Translations under genes and position numbers: made by a program
Assembly (NCBI GenBank): GCA_951406725.2
Contig: OX597831.1
Coordinates: 992,001-1,056,000, forward strand
Origin: Octopus vulgaris
Lineage: Eukaryota
Reading direction: 5' to 3'
Length of the DNA: 64,000 nt
The notes under the pieces: generated by a model
Seen by the model: the letters and a program-made list of their open reading frames with translations, nothing else
The model's database searches: none
What the model was told of the DNA's origin: nothing
Part shown: positions 1 through 12,074 of the stretch, piece by piece
How positions within the stretch are numbered: position 1 is the stretch's first letter
Layout of the letters: each line of letters opens with the position of its first letter

Positions 1-12
1 GATAATCAATGA

Positions 13-119
<107 letters not shown>

Positions 120-629
120 CGAGTGTTTAAAAATTCCAGCACATTGGATGTATGATGTATCATGATGTGATGGTCAGATTTGGAATTTAGCCTTGTGGGG
201 TTTCAGTTAATAGTGTAGACATGTTACATAGTGTATAGTGCAATAGTCTAGGTACAACGTGGTAGGTAGGGCATGAAAGTAAGGGCGTGTTGTATGGGGC
301 AAAGTGTGACAGGGCATGTTGAGTGTGTCATAGTATGACTTCCAAGACATGTTATATGAAGTGTTGAATGTCAATCTGGAGATATAGTGTAACAATTAAA
401 GCAATTAAGGTTTGTTGTACTGGGTGATGTGTGGGAGTTGTGAAGAGTTTTCTGAGTGGTATGGTCTCATAATTCAGCCATGGGGTTTGGCTAAATTACA
501 ATGTGGTAGTTTGGACATACTGCATCCTATTTTGCTGTTTAGTTTGTTCAAATGAAACAGACATACAACAACAGCCAGTTCAATGGACCAGAGGTATTTG
601 TCGTAGCAGTAGGAGAGAGTATAGTTTAA

Positions 630-849
630 CTCTTTAGTGTTCAGTTTATTCTGTCAAATGTGATGTTTGTTTATTTAAAATAGTTTGAATTAATCCTGCA
701 TTATCTTGTAGTTTAGCTATTTCAGTGATGTGATTTTTTAGTTTTAGAATGACATGGTAGGGCTGAGGTGAGAGGCGAGATCTGGTCAGTTTCAATATAA
801 AACAGGTTAAATATTTTGGCCGGATATGGCCAGCTTGAATGCTAAAGGG
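630..849. mobile_element. piggyBac-type MITE, family 1 (second copy 21219-21436, inserted in an old SINE-B head)
   Basis: TTAA at 626-629 and 850-853, termini CTCTTTAG...CTAAAGGG, 220 bp, with a homologous copy at 21.2 kb. Confidence 0.75.
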
Positions 850-923
850 TTAAAAATGACCGAATGCTTGCAGATTGTTAATGAGTGTTTAAATGTTTGC
901 CAACATTTTGAAGGGAAAGATGG

Positions 924-964
<41 letters not shown>

Positions 965-1027
965 GGGGGAGAGATAAAAATGGGCAACAGAAACCTTGTG
1001 GAAGCAACTGATACAATTTAACATATA

Positions 1028-1073
<46 letters not shown>

Positions 1074-1359
1074 GGAGGGGTGGGTGTATGTATATATTTG
1101 TGTGTAGGTGGGGTGTATGTATACATATATGTGTGTGTGTGGGGTATATGTATATATATGTGTGTGTGCATGAATATGTATATATGTATGTATACAGTGT
1201 ACATAGGGATGGGAGAGAAGTTCCAAGCAGTGGCCAATGGTCAGGATCTGGGAATGTGTAATTCAAATAACTAGATGTGAGCTGCAATAACTATAGCCAT
1301 CTTCTGACATTTTACATATCATTGTGTCTTGATTCTTAAGGAAGTATATATGTATATAT

Positions 1360-1667
1360 ATCACGTGATCACGTGACCGACCAGTCCATCAGATGTAGTT
1401 ACACATCGCTGGTCACAATGCGTTCGCATTGTTTTAGCCTTCAAATGACGCCACCCTGCTGGCTAAGCGAGCAGGCCAATAGAAGAAAGAGTGGTAGAAA
1501 GTGTGGTGAAAGAGTACAGCAGGGATCGCCACCACCCCCTGCCGGAGCCTCGTGGAGCTTTTAGGTGTTTTCGCTCAATAAACACACACAATGCCCGGTC
1601 TGGGAATCGAAACCGCAATCCTATGACCGCGAGTCCGCTGCCCTAACCACTGGGCCATTGCGCCTCC
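1360..1667 (-). mobile_element. tRNA-derived SINE family A, tail type 1 (also 42411-42700 +, 55698-55997 -)
   Basis: Head GGAGGCGCAATGGCCCAGTGGTTAGG (box A)...GGTTTCGATTCCC (box B), tRNA-Arg-like; several near-identical copies in TA/CA tracts. Confidence 0.9.
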
Positions 1668-2669
1668 ACATGTATATATATATAAAGTTTGGATAAGCGA
1701 TATGTTCAGTGTAAGTTTGAAGCAACTGTCAATAAAATTATTGATTTCAAAATGGGGCACAAGGCCAGTAATTTTGGAGAAGGGGATAAGTCAGTTACAT
1801 CAACCCCAGCACTCAACTGTTACTTATTTTATCAACCCCAAAAGGATGAAAGTCGAAGTCAACGTTGGCGGAATTTGAACTCTGAGCACGAAGACAGATG
1901 AAATGCCACTAAGCAATGAAAACACAAAGCATGTGTTAACAATTCTGTCAGCTTGCTACCTTCAATAAAATTATTAAAAACATTGGTTTTAACATTTGTA
2001 TTATTGAGTCCTTCATTCAGTTAATGCTTGCAGCTTTATGCGCTTATAAAACAATTTTTTTAACTGTACACATAAGCATGTGCATACACACGCAGATACA
2101 CACACACGCACACACACACACACAGACACACGCACACACAAAGTATGGTATTTAGTTCTGTCCCAGTTGCATCCCTTTATATCTAGATCAACTTTACATT
2201 TCCTCTAATGAAGTAAATTAACACCAAAGTATTGGAGATGTGTTTATAATCACCTAATCTCCTTAAAAGAGGTGCACCAGCATGGCCTCAGTCCGATGGC
2301 TGAATCTAATACAGGAACAAAAACGGTATCACATTTTTCATTTGCCACACAAACACACACATAAACGCAGTACAGAATACTTCTTCATATCTATATGTAT
2401 ATATGTGTGACAATGAGTGTGAATCCATATTATGAACAAATATGGGTTCTAAAATGTGAAAACATACAAAAGTGTCCAAGTTCAAATTTCGAAGCAAAAT
2501 AGAAAAACAAAAACAAAACACCCCACCTTTCTCACAAAACCCCACCAAAACAATGCCTTTTCACACATGAAATAGTAACACACACACACACACACAACAT
2601 ATATATATATATACATACACACATGATAGCATATCTCTGCACCTCTATCCTACGTCTTTTACACACACA

Positions 2670-3070
2670 CAAGATCATCATCATCATCATCATAATTTTA
2701 CTATCCACATTTCTGTTTGCATGGCTCGGACCAAGGTTACTGAAACAGATTTTCTATGGCCAGATGCCCTCCTTGTCACTGACCCTTACCTGTTTCCAAG
2801 CAAGGTAATATTTTTCCATTGCCAGCTATGTTTGCGCAGGATATTGGAAATGAAGGAGACTGCTCCTATGATAGAGATGCTCATTTACAACTATTATGTG
2901 GTGTCAAGACAAGGAGACATGACATTCCCACGCTCACACACACACACATACACATACAACAGGTTTCTTTCAGTTTTCATCTACTAAATCCACTCTGGTT
3001 GGCCAGGAACTACAGTAAAAGATACTTGTCTAAGGTACCATGCAGTGGAGCTGAACCTGACATCACAAGC
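2670..3070 (-). mobile_element. SINE-B head with alternative RTE-like tail (also about 39540-39790 + and 56070-56470 +)
   Basis: SINE-B core joined to a tail GAAGGGCATC...CCATGCAAGCATGGAAAA-(GAT)n that resembles the RTE 3' end at 30486-30758. Confidence 0.65.
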
Positions 3071-3110
3071 CTATGTACATATATATGTGTGTGTGTGTGT
3101 ATAAAATTAA

Positions 3111-3156
<46 letters not shown>

Positions 3157-4002
3157 CCCTCTCTCTCTTTCGGAGAGGCACAAGTACCTACATGCACATG
3201 TACACACACGGCAGTAACTTCCGCCTGCTGAATTCAATCACAAAGCTTTGGTCGGCTCGGGGCTATAGCAGAAGACACCTACCCAAAGTGCCATGCAGTG
3301 GGACTGAACCCGAAACCATGTAGCTAGGAAGCAAGCTCCCTAACCACACAGCCATGCCCGCGCCTACATACATTATATATATATATAAAATTATAATTTA
3401 ATATATAAATTGTTTATTTCCATGCAGACTACCTGATAATTATCATTAACATGATTGTTATCCTTATTTTATGAATATATATGTATATATATTTATTCTT
3501 TTACTTGTTTCCATCACTGGACAGTGGCCATGGTGGGACACCACCTTTAATAGTTTTAGTTGATCATATTAACTCCAGTTCATACTTCAGTATATTCCTT
3601 ATTTTATCAATCTTTATTTTTTGTTGTACCACGAGGCTAGGGAATACAAAATAAACATAAAATACACACACACACACACGTGTGTGTATATATATATATA
3701 TATATATAAATCAGGCCTCTTTCAGATTTATTTACCAAATTCCAGAGACAAAGTACAGCTCAACTTGAGGCCTTACTAAAAGAAAGAGATTTGCCTAAGG
3801 TTCTATAATAATGTAATACATACATATGCAGGTGAGTGCAAACACACACACACACACACACTTTTAATCAGAGGCTTCTCTCCTGCTCCCTACAGTACTA
3901 CTGAAAAAAAAATATGTATAGCAAGTAGGAAGAATGCAAATAAATGAGTGATCTGCTAAATTGTCTTCGTCAGTCTATCAGTAAAAATTGAAGTGACATG
4001 CT

Positions 4003-4017
4003 GTTACCAATAGCAAC
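4003..4017. promoter_or_regulatory. RFX X-box-like site
   Basis: GTTACC-AAT-AGCAAC matches GTNRCC-N0-3-RGYAAC, in non-repetitive sequence. Confidence 0.3.
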
Positions 4018-4754
4018 CGGATGAGCTACCAAAGGCAGAGAGATGTGATAAGAGTAATTTAAATAAACCCAGGAACACTCTACACTGTTGTTCCTCACTC
4101 TATTGAAACTGAAAGTGCATTAAGCAGCAGCAGCAACAACACAAAAGTCCATAGTTTTTCAGTTGGACAGGCAGATGTGGAATGGTAACACATACAGTGA
4201 ATTGTGGGAATACTCATGTGTTGTTTAGTCTCAAATCAGCCTCTTTTTTTTTTTATACAGATCTATTAGTTAAGACAATCTAACAATGATCATCCCTTCT
4301 AACCAGTGTAAGCACAGGATAGTTTACCTAGAATTACATTACCCAAAGTTAAAATAGGAAGGGGTATGATTTAGTTGTTATTTTTAGCAAGTTGAGTGAC
4401 AGCAAAGAGACTTGGTCACTGGTATATATATTGTACACACACACATACACACAACATATACAGTGTATATAATGTATGTATAAATCTATACATATATTTC
4501 TATATGTGTGTGTATGTATGTATAATCATGTCGTGTAAAGCCATGGGGATACTCAGAGTACGCTATCACCTTTTGATATAATAAACATCATTCTTCCTAA
4601 CATTTTGAGTTCTATATAATGTGTTTGCCCTAAATAAAATTTATGTTCATATAGTTTACAACTCTAACATTGTGTTATATATATACTGTGTGCCCCTCCA
4701 CACATACACGCAGACACATATACACACACATATTTATATGTGTGTGTGTGAGTG

Positions 4755-4816
<62 letters not shown>

Positions 4817-4834
4817 TATGTATATATATATATG

Positions 4835-4889
<55 letters not shown>

Positions 4890-5509
4890 ACAAAATAAGA
4901 AAATGGAGAAATACATCGAAATCAAATATCAATTACCAGATAATACTCAATCACATATATTGGATATATGTTATCCCATGGAGGGTTGCATTTACAACCC
5001 CTATCTCAATTTGTATATATATATATATATACATATGTATGTATACATATACATGTGTGTGCATGTGTATATAAATATTATGTATATGTCTGTATATATA
5101 TATATATATATATATATAACTGTTTCACAATAGTAACCAGACTATCATCGCACTGTTAGTCACAGTGCATTTCTTCATGCTGTTGTAACTATTGAATGGT
5201 ACCACACCACTGGCTAGACAGACAACCCAACATTTCCCCTGAAGGGAATACCAGTCTGTTGCAGGGTCACACATTTACAGTTGAGTGGATTGGAGTTGAC
5301 AGCGATGACTAATTACTATTAGTTAATGTTGATCATTAGTATAGGACTATGGTAGTTAGTATAGAAATGTAATGGTTAGTGTAGGACCATGGTGTTTTTT
5401 TTTTTACTGAAGAACACAGTGCACCACTGGCCTGCAAATTAAAACTACAATCTTTCAAGTGAGTGCAACAACTTAATCACTAAGCCATGTGGTGTATATA
5501 TATAATGTA

Positions 5510-5566
<57 letters not shown>

Positions 5567-6349
5567 GTGTATATCATACACTATACTGATTGTTACATAT
5601 ACCATGTGCACACATACACACACATATATATAGCTATAGATATACGTGCATATATATATGCAATATATGTAGCAGACTTATGATCAATAAGTTCCAGCCA
5701 TGACCATCGCACCTCTCTTTTACATTATTCTATGTCATCCTGTGTTTTTAAAAGAATAAGGGAGAGTTAGGTACTATTTCTAGCAGATTGAGTGGCAATG
5801 TGGAAACTCTGTCTCACTAGCTTGGTATACTAGTCTCTGTATATGTGTGCTTCAATATACAAGAAGCATGGTTGAGGTAAGAAGGCACTGGACAAAACAA
5901 TTCACAGGTCATGAGTTAATACTCCAACACATGTAATTTTGTTGTTTCTGAGGAGAACACAAGATGTTTGTGCAGCTGTTTCTTCTTGGACCTTTTTTTT
6001 TGTTTTCACTTCTCATCAAGAAGTGTAGTTGTTGGTGAATCTTTTCAGGGTCTCTGAGATAGACTGGAGAAGGGAAGAAGCATGTCCTTAGGCAAGAGAG
6101 CTGGCCTCAAGGCTTGTAACATAGTGGATACCACTAAAGGCAATCAAGGTCCCAGGTGTTGTCATTAAGCCAGGTGATAGATGAAATTAATACAGAGTCC
6201 CTATCAAGGGGTAGATGTACCTCTGTTCTTACTCATTCACCAAAACAGTAAAAAATCTAGAACTGAAGATATATCTACCTGTCAACTTCTACAGATGATG
6301 GAGATAGTCATAGTTATCACAGACATACACAAGTCCCTCTTCCTCAATG

Positions 6350-6442
6350 TGTTTATACATGTACACATACATATATACATACAAACATACATACACATAT
6401 ATACATACATACATACATGCATACATACATACACACATACAA

Positions 6443-6479
<37 letters not shown>

Positions 6480-6778
6480 TACATAATGCATACATACACA
6501 CATATACATACATATATACATACATACAAGCATACATATGTACATGCATAAATATGCATACATATATATACATATATACATACATATATATACACACACA
6601 TACATATATACATAAATATATACATATACACACATATATACACACATATATATACATACATATATACTTATGCATGTATATATATATATACATACATACA
6701 CACACACATATATATACATATATATACATACATAAATATATACATACATACACATACATACATACATAATACATACAT

Positions 6779-6817
<39 letters not shown>

Positions 6818-7153
6818 CATGATATCTTCTTAATGTACAGTCTAAGAATTATAAGAAAAAAACTAAAAAAACAGTAAGAAAACCAGTTATACATCAAAGA
6901 ACTCAGTATATGTAACAATGTGGAATATATTTAATTTTATTTTGAAATGTTGGTACAGTTGTAAATGTCATATTCACAGTAAAAGTATCTAACTTTCTAT
7001 CTACCTATCTATCTACATGAATACACACAAATACACAGGTATGTATACATACAAGTACACATATATATATATATATATATACATACATATACATATACAT
7101 ACATACACACACATACATACATACATACATACATACATACATACATACATACA

Positions 7154-7211
<58 letters not shown>

Positions 7212-7356
7212 GTCAAGACTATTGAAAAGGTTGCAAGACGTAATGAAAATTTTAAGAAAATAAAAATAAGATATAAAAGGAAATTTTACCGGTAAGTGTG
7301 TTAAATTATAAAGCACAAAAAGAAAATTACTCTCCCCAGACACAACAGTATATATA

Positions 7357-7417
<61 letters not shown>

Positions 7418-7478
7418 TTATGTACATATACATGTATATATATATATATATATATGTATATATAAATATATATGTATA

Positions 7479-7510
<32 letters not shown>

Positions 7511-7810
7511 AACATATATACACATATATACTCACACACATGTTATCTATGGAAGTATGCATTTATGCATTATATATAGGTATAAATATATACGTATGTA
7601 TATATGTTTGTGAATATATATGTTTATATGTATGAATGAAGGTATTTATGCATATATATGTATATAATACATATATGCACACACATATATATATATATAT
7701 GTATATATATATGGCATCTATAAATATGATGAAACACACACATACACACATATGTACAAAGGCAGACTGACATAACACTGATACACACAGAGATATATAT
7801 ATATCTGGAT
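6350..7810. repeat. Large degenerate (TA/CA/TACA)n microsatellite field
   Basis: Direct reading; source of many spurious Y/I/H/T/C/V-rich ORFs. Confidence 0.9.
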
Positions 7811-8471
7811 GTCCGAGCAGAGGAACTGTCAATGTTATACACAGACTATAAGTACAGAGACTTCCTATAGTATTTCCCAACAGCAGACGTGTGAGTGGCA
7901 CAATTGCCTCCCCTTGTGACACATGTTGCAATTCTTCCACTCTACTGATCTACCGTCTTTGCATTGAAATCATCGCCTGAAACCGACCATTCCATATAAT
8001 TAACATAGATTTCTTAATGAGACGTGCATCGGTTGCTGTTGTTGTTGTTGTTGTTGCTGCTGCTGCACCAATTCTCTTGCAGCTTCAGTCATTTGCACTT
8101 GCACTACTATGGCACCACGTTGTGCAACAGTGAAGCTGCTGTACTGGCTTTCCTTCATGATTCTTTGTAGCAGGAGTGATGAGAAGTGGATGATACCACC
8201 CAAAGAACAAACAAAAATGTACGCACACACACACATACACACACAGACATGCATATATGCATATACAAGCATACACACATGCATACATGCACACATACAA
8301 AAACATACATACATTCTTTCTTTGTTTCTTTCTTTCTCTCACGCTGCTCTTAAGTTGCTGCTCTTTCTCTTTCTCTCTTTTTTCCCCCCTTATTTTCACC
8401 GAGTTTAAGATAAAGAAGAAGAAGAAAAAAAACAAGAAGACAAAGAAAAAGAAGAAGATTAAGGGACTTAC

Positions 8472-8570
8472 CTGCTTGATGATGGCACTCTGTGCCAGTT
8501 TCGCCGGGTCTGGTTTCGTCTCTCCATTGAGAGACTCGGTTGCTGTGCCGTCATTAGAGTCTACATCCAT
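8472..8570 (-). CDS. First coding exon (33 aa, MDVDSNDGTATESLNGETKPDPAKLAQSAIIKQ) of an unidentified host gene that continues towards lower coordinates
   Basis: Minus strand reads GGCC-ATG-G (strong Kozak context), 99 nt of open non-repetitive CpG-retaining sequence, then a consensus donor CAG|GTAAGT (phase 0) and a pyrimidine-rich intron start. Possible upstream acceptor TTTTTCCAG at 8990-8982. No further exon could be assigned. Confidence 0.75.
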
Positions 8571-9576
8571 GGCCAACCGTGCTCCGGAAGGGAGGAGAAG
8601 CGGATGGGGTGACGTGGTGGTTGTTTGGGGGGTGGGGGTAGATCAGGAAGTTAATGGGTTACGGGGTGTTGTGGGAGGGGGTGGGTGGGGGTTGGCTCGC
8701 TTGGTCGGTCGGTCGGTCGGTCGGTTGATTGCTCGGTCGGTCGGCGCAGTTTTTCCAAGTGGCAACCCCCTTTTCACTTGCTTCCCATCAACTTCTCAAG
8801 TTCTTCTGTTGGAGTGACAAGAGAGAGAGAGAGACACAGAGATAGAGAAAGTGCACAATCTTCAGCCACATTGGTAAGCAGTAAAAAGACAGACATGACA
8901 CATAGAGAGAGAGACAAACGGGCGGACGGATGGACAGACACATAAAGACCAAGAGACAAGAAAATGTATCGGAATGCTACTCTGGAAAAAGTATACTATC
9001 CAAAACAACAATCTATCTATCTCTCTATGTTTCTAACCATCACAGACTTTTTAAAATTTTATATATGTGTGTATATGTGGGTGCATGAGTGTGTGTAAAA
9101 AATGTCATATGTGAAAATATATACACATATATATATATATATATATAAATGTATATATAATTATATATATATATATATATAAATGTATATATAATTATAT
9201 ATACACGCAAAAAAAATAATATAAAGTTATTTGGATGATGACGCCGATGGTTGTGATGATGATGATATGGTGAGGATATTATTGCTATATTATTGTTATT
9301 GTATTAATTCCGGTGATGATAATGTTGTTGGGTGTTGATGATGTTGATGTTCTTCAAAAATATGAGGGTGGGTGGAGTTGGATACATTTGCTGCACTTCT
9401 AATGATTAATATTAATATTATTATTATTATTATTTATTATTATAAGTATTATAAGTAATATTATTATCTGTTATCAATTATTATTATTATAAATTATTAT
9501 CATTATTGATATTATTTATTATTATTATTATTGTTATTGTTCAAACTTTACTTCTGAAAATCTGATATGTTTTTGC

Positions 9577-9611
<35 letters not shown>

Positions 9612-9894
9612 TGTTTTAAATTTAAAAAAAAAAATTATGAAAATCACACACCAAGAGCGATACACAAAAACAAACAACAACAACTACAATGACAATAACA
9701 ACAAAGGAAGATGAAAGAAGACTGAAACTACCCCCGAAACACCCCCGAAATAATGCATTGACTTAGCATGGATGGTATAAAGTAGGCTAATTATGAATTC
9801 AAGTGTTTAGACACAAGGTTTCTTCATGTCAGAGAAGGAGAAGAGAGGCTGCACAGGCTATTATAATATTCCAACAACAACCACCTGTCATAAT

Positions 9895-10020
9895 AAATAT
9901 GCAGTAACGCTCGCAGCCGGTGTACTCCGTATGGTGGCTGCGCTGCAGAGCAGTGCAGGGGTGTGCAGGCAGTGCGGGATAGTGAGAAAAGAGGAGGCAA
10001 GAGGCGGAGAGAGATTCTGA
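9895..10020 (-). promoter_or_regulatory. CpG/GC-rich patch, candidate promoter or TSS region of the minus-strand gene
   Basis: Local CpG retention (ACGCTCGCAGCCGGTGTACTCCGT...GCGCTG...GCGGG) in CpG-depleted surroundings, about 1.4 kb upstream of the ATG. Inference only. Confidence 0.35.
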
Positions 10021-10390
10021 GAACAAGAGAGAGAGAGACAGAGAGAGAAAGGGGGAAGGAGAGAGGGAGTACAACGAATCAGAATGAGAGCCTACTGCTG
10101 CTGCTGCTGCTACTTCTATTGATGTTAGCAATGGGAGAGAGAAGGGGAGGGAGGTAGGTGTCCAGTTTGTTTGTATTCTTTCTATTTTTTTTTTACATAT
10201 ATATTTTTGTTTTTCTACTTCATTCAATTTGATTTGCTGCTGTTCTCACAGCCACCCCCCTCTCTCTCTCTCTCTCTTTATCTCTTTATCTCTCTCCCTC
10301 TCTTAATCACTTGCTTTCTTTCTTTTTCTCATTTAATTTTTCTCTCCTCCTCTTTCTTGATATAGTTCGATAATATTGCTACCACATACG

Positions 10391-10426
<36 letters not shown>

Positions 10427-10427
<1 letters not shown>

Positions 10428-10638
10428 AAGGGAGTCTCTACGTGGTTGCCCGACATGCTGGAAACAGCAGCCAAACCGCCCTCAAACCACACCTTACTGT
10501 ATTAAAGAAGAAACCCATTGGGCAACGCAGTCTGGGTTACACAATTCCTGAAAAAAAAAATGATGGGATGGTCATAGCTTGAATGTCTTTTGCTCATTGG
10601 CCTGCTACAGCAGGGCTGACCTGGGGTTAAACAACAAC
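10427..10638 (+). mobile_element. About 200-bp SINE-like family E with a ribozyme-like head and (AAC)n tail; about 15 copies in the window
   Basis: Homologous copies near 4215-4420, 5670-5825, 10670-10855, 10915-11109, 16535-16747, 21780-21981, 28567-28768, 30090-30290, 47780-47955, 49940-50148, 54680-54850, 58200-58372 and 62970-63174. No box A or box B seen. Confidence 0.8.
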
Positions 10639-11638
10639 ACCTGCTGCTACTACTACTACTACTACTACTACTACAACCCCTTCCCTAAGAAAAGCGGTGA
10701 AATTTCCCTAAATCACATCTTACTCTCAGAAATAAGGAAATGAAATATTAGATGTAGTTCTACACATTCTTACAAAAGTCAGGACAGTCGTGGCTGGACA
10801 CTTCTTAATCATAAATGTGTCTGATTATGTTTGACCAAGGGTTAAACAACAACAACTATAACTGCTATTGACAGTTATAGCCAACAAGGAGGCTGACGGT
10901 GTTATTGTACAGCACCGGGTTTAGCTCTGATTGAGTAGATTAATGATGAAAGACTTTCCAACCATGACCACCACTTCTTTTTACTTATTTATGATAACAT
11001 TATACAGTGTGTCCTTCCTTTTTCAAGACGGTAAAGTGTAATTTGAGATAGATTTTGCTGCTGTTTTTAGCAGGCAAAATGACCATGTAGAGGCTCCCTG
11101 TTTGGCTCACGAGGTTGTTGTTGTTGTTACAGCTGCTGCTGCTGTTAATACTACTGCTGCTCTTTCAGCAGTTGCCGCTGCTGTTGAGCAGAAGTTATTT
11201 CATTCCTGCTGCTGCTGCTGCTCACATTTAGTAGTTTTTCTATCTCCCCTTCATCATTTCCATTCGGATCTTTGGTAATGTGCAAGGAACGGCATTGCTG
11301 TTCTGGGAGGAACCCATACAAACCCATGGCAACACACGTGTGGAGCAAACCAGTGCCTTTATCACTGGACCTCTCAATGACCCTATCTCATCTTCACAAA
11401 AGTGTGATATAGACAGAGGTGGTGGTTTTTGTATAGCCTGCAGTCAGCTCTGACTGAGTGCACCTATGCAAACACTTTTTCCAGTTGAAACAATAAATGT
11501 TGTTTTGCTTTTGGATGTAGCGTCATATCTATGACTATATCATCCTATGCATCTTTTTGGGGTTTTTTTCAGAAAGCATGGTGAATTTAAGCTATTATTT
11601 CTGACATACACACACACACAGCTAGATAGATAGATAGG

Positions 11639-11706
<68 letters not shown>

Positions 11707-11983
11707 CAGATAGACAGATAGATAGATACATAGATAGATGCATGCGCGCACACACATACATACACACAACAAGCTTCTTCATGTTTCTACCAGCCAAATC
11801 CATTCACAAGGTTTTGGTTGAACTGGGATTATAGTAGAGGACACTTGCCTAAGGTACCATGCACTGGGATTGAACCCAGAGCCATGTGGTTGGAAAGCAG
11901 ACTTCTTATCACACACCCATGCCTGTCGCCTATACATATAATGCACAGACACAGACAAACACACACACATGCATGCACACAAG

Positions 11984-12018
<35 letters not shown>

Positions 12019-12074
12019 GGTTATGGTTCAAATATACAGAAAGCAAAAAGGCAAAGGCAGGAGTGGGAACAATA

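Noticed and set aside
807-7940. Many 60-200 aa ORFs rich in Y/I/H/T/C/V/M, here and throughout the window
   Set aside because: They are translations of TA/CA/TACA microsatellites, which lack stop codons in several frames.
8085-8576. 163-aa ORF as a complete protein
   Set aside because: It starts at a TTG two codons before the real ATG and reads through the GTAAGT donor into low-complexity intron; only 33 codons are credible.
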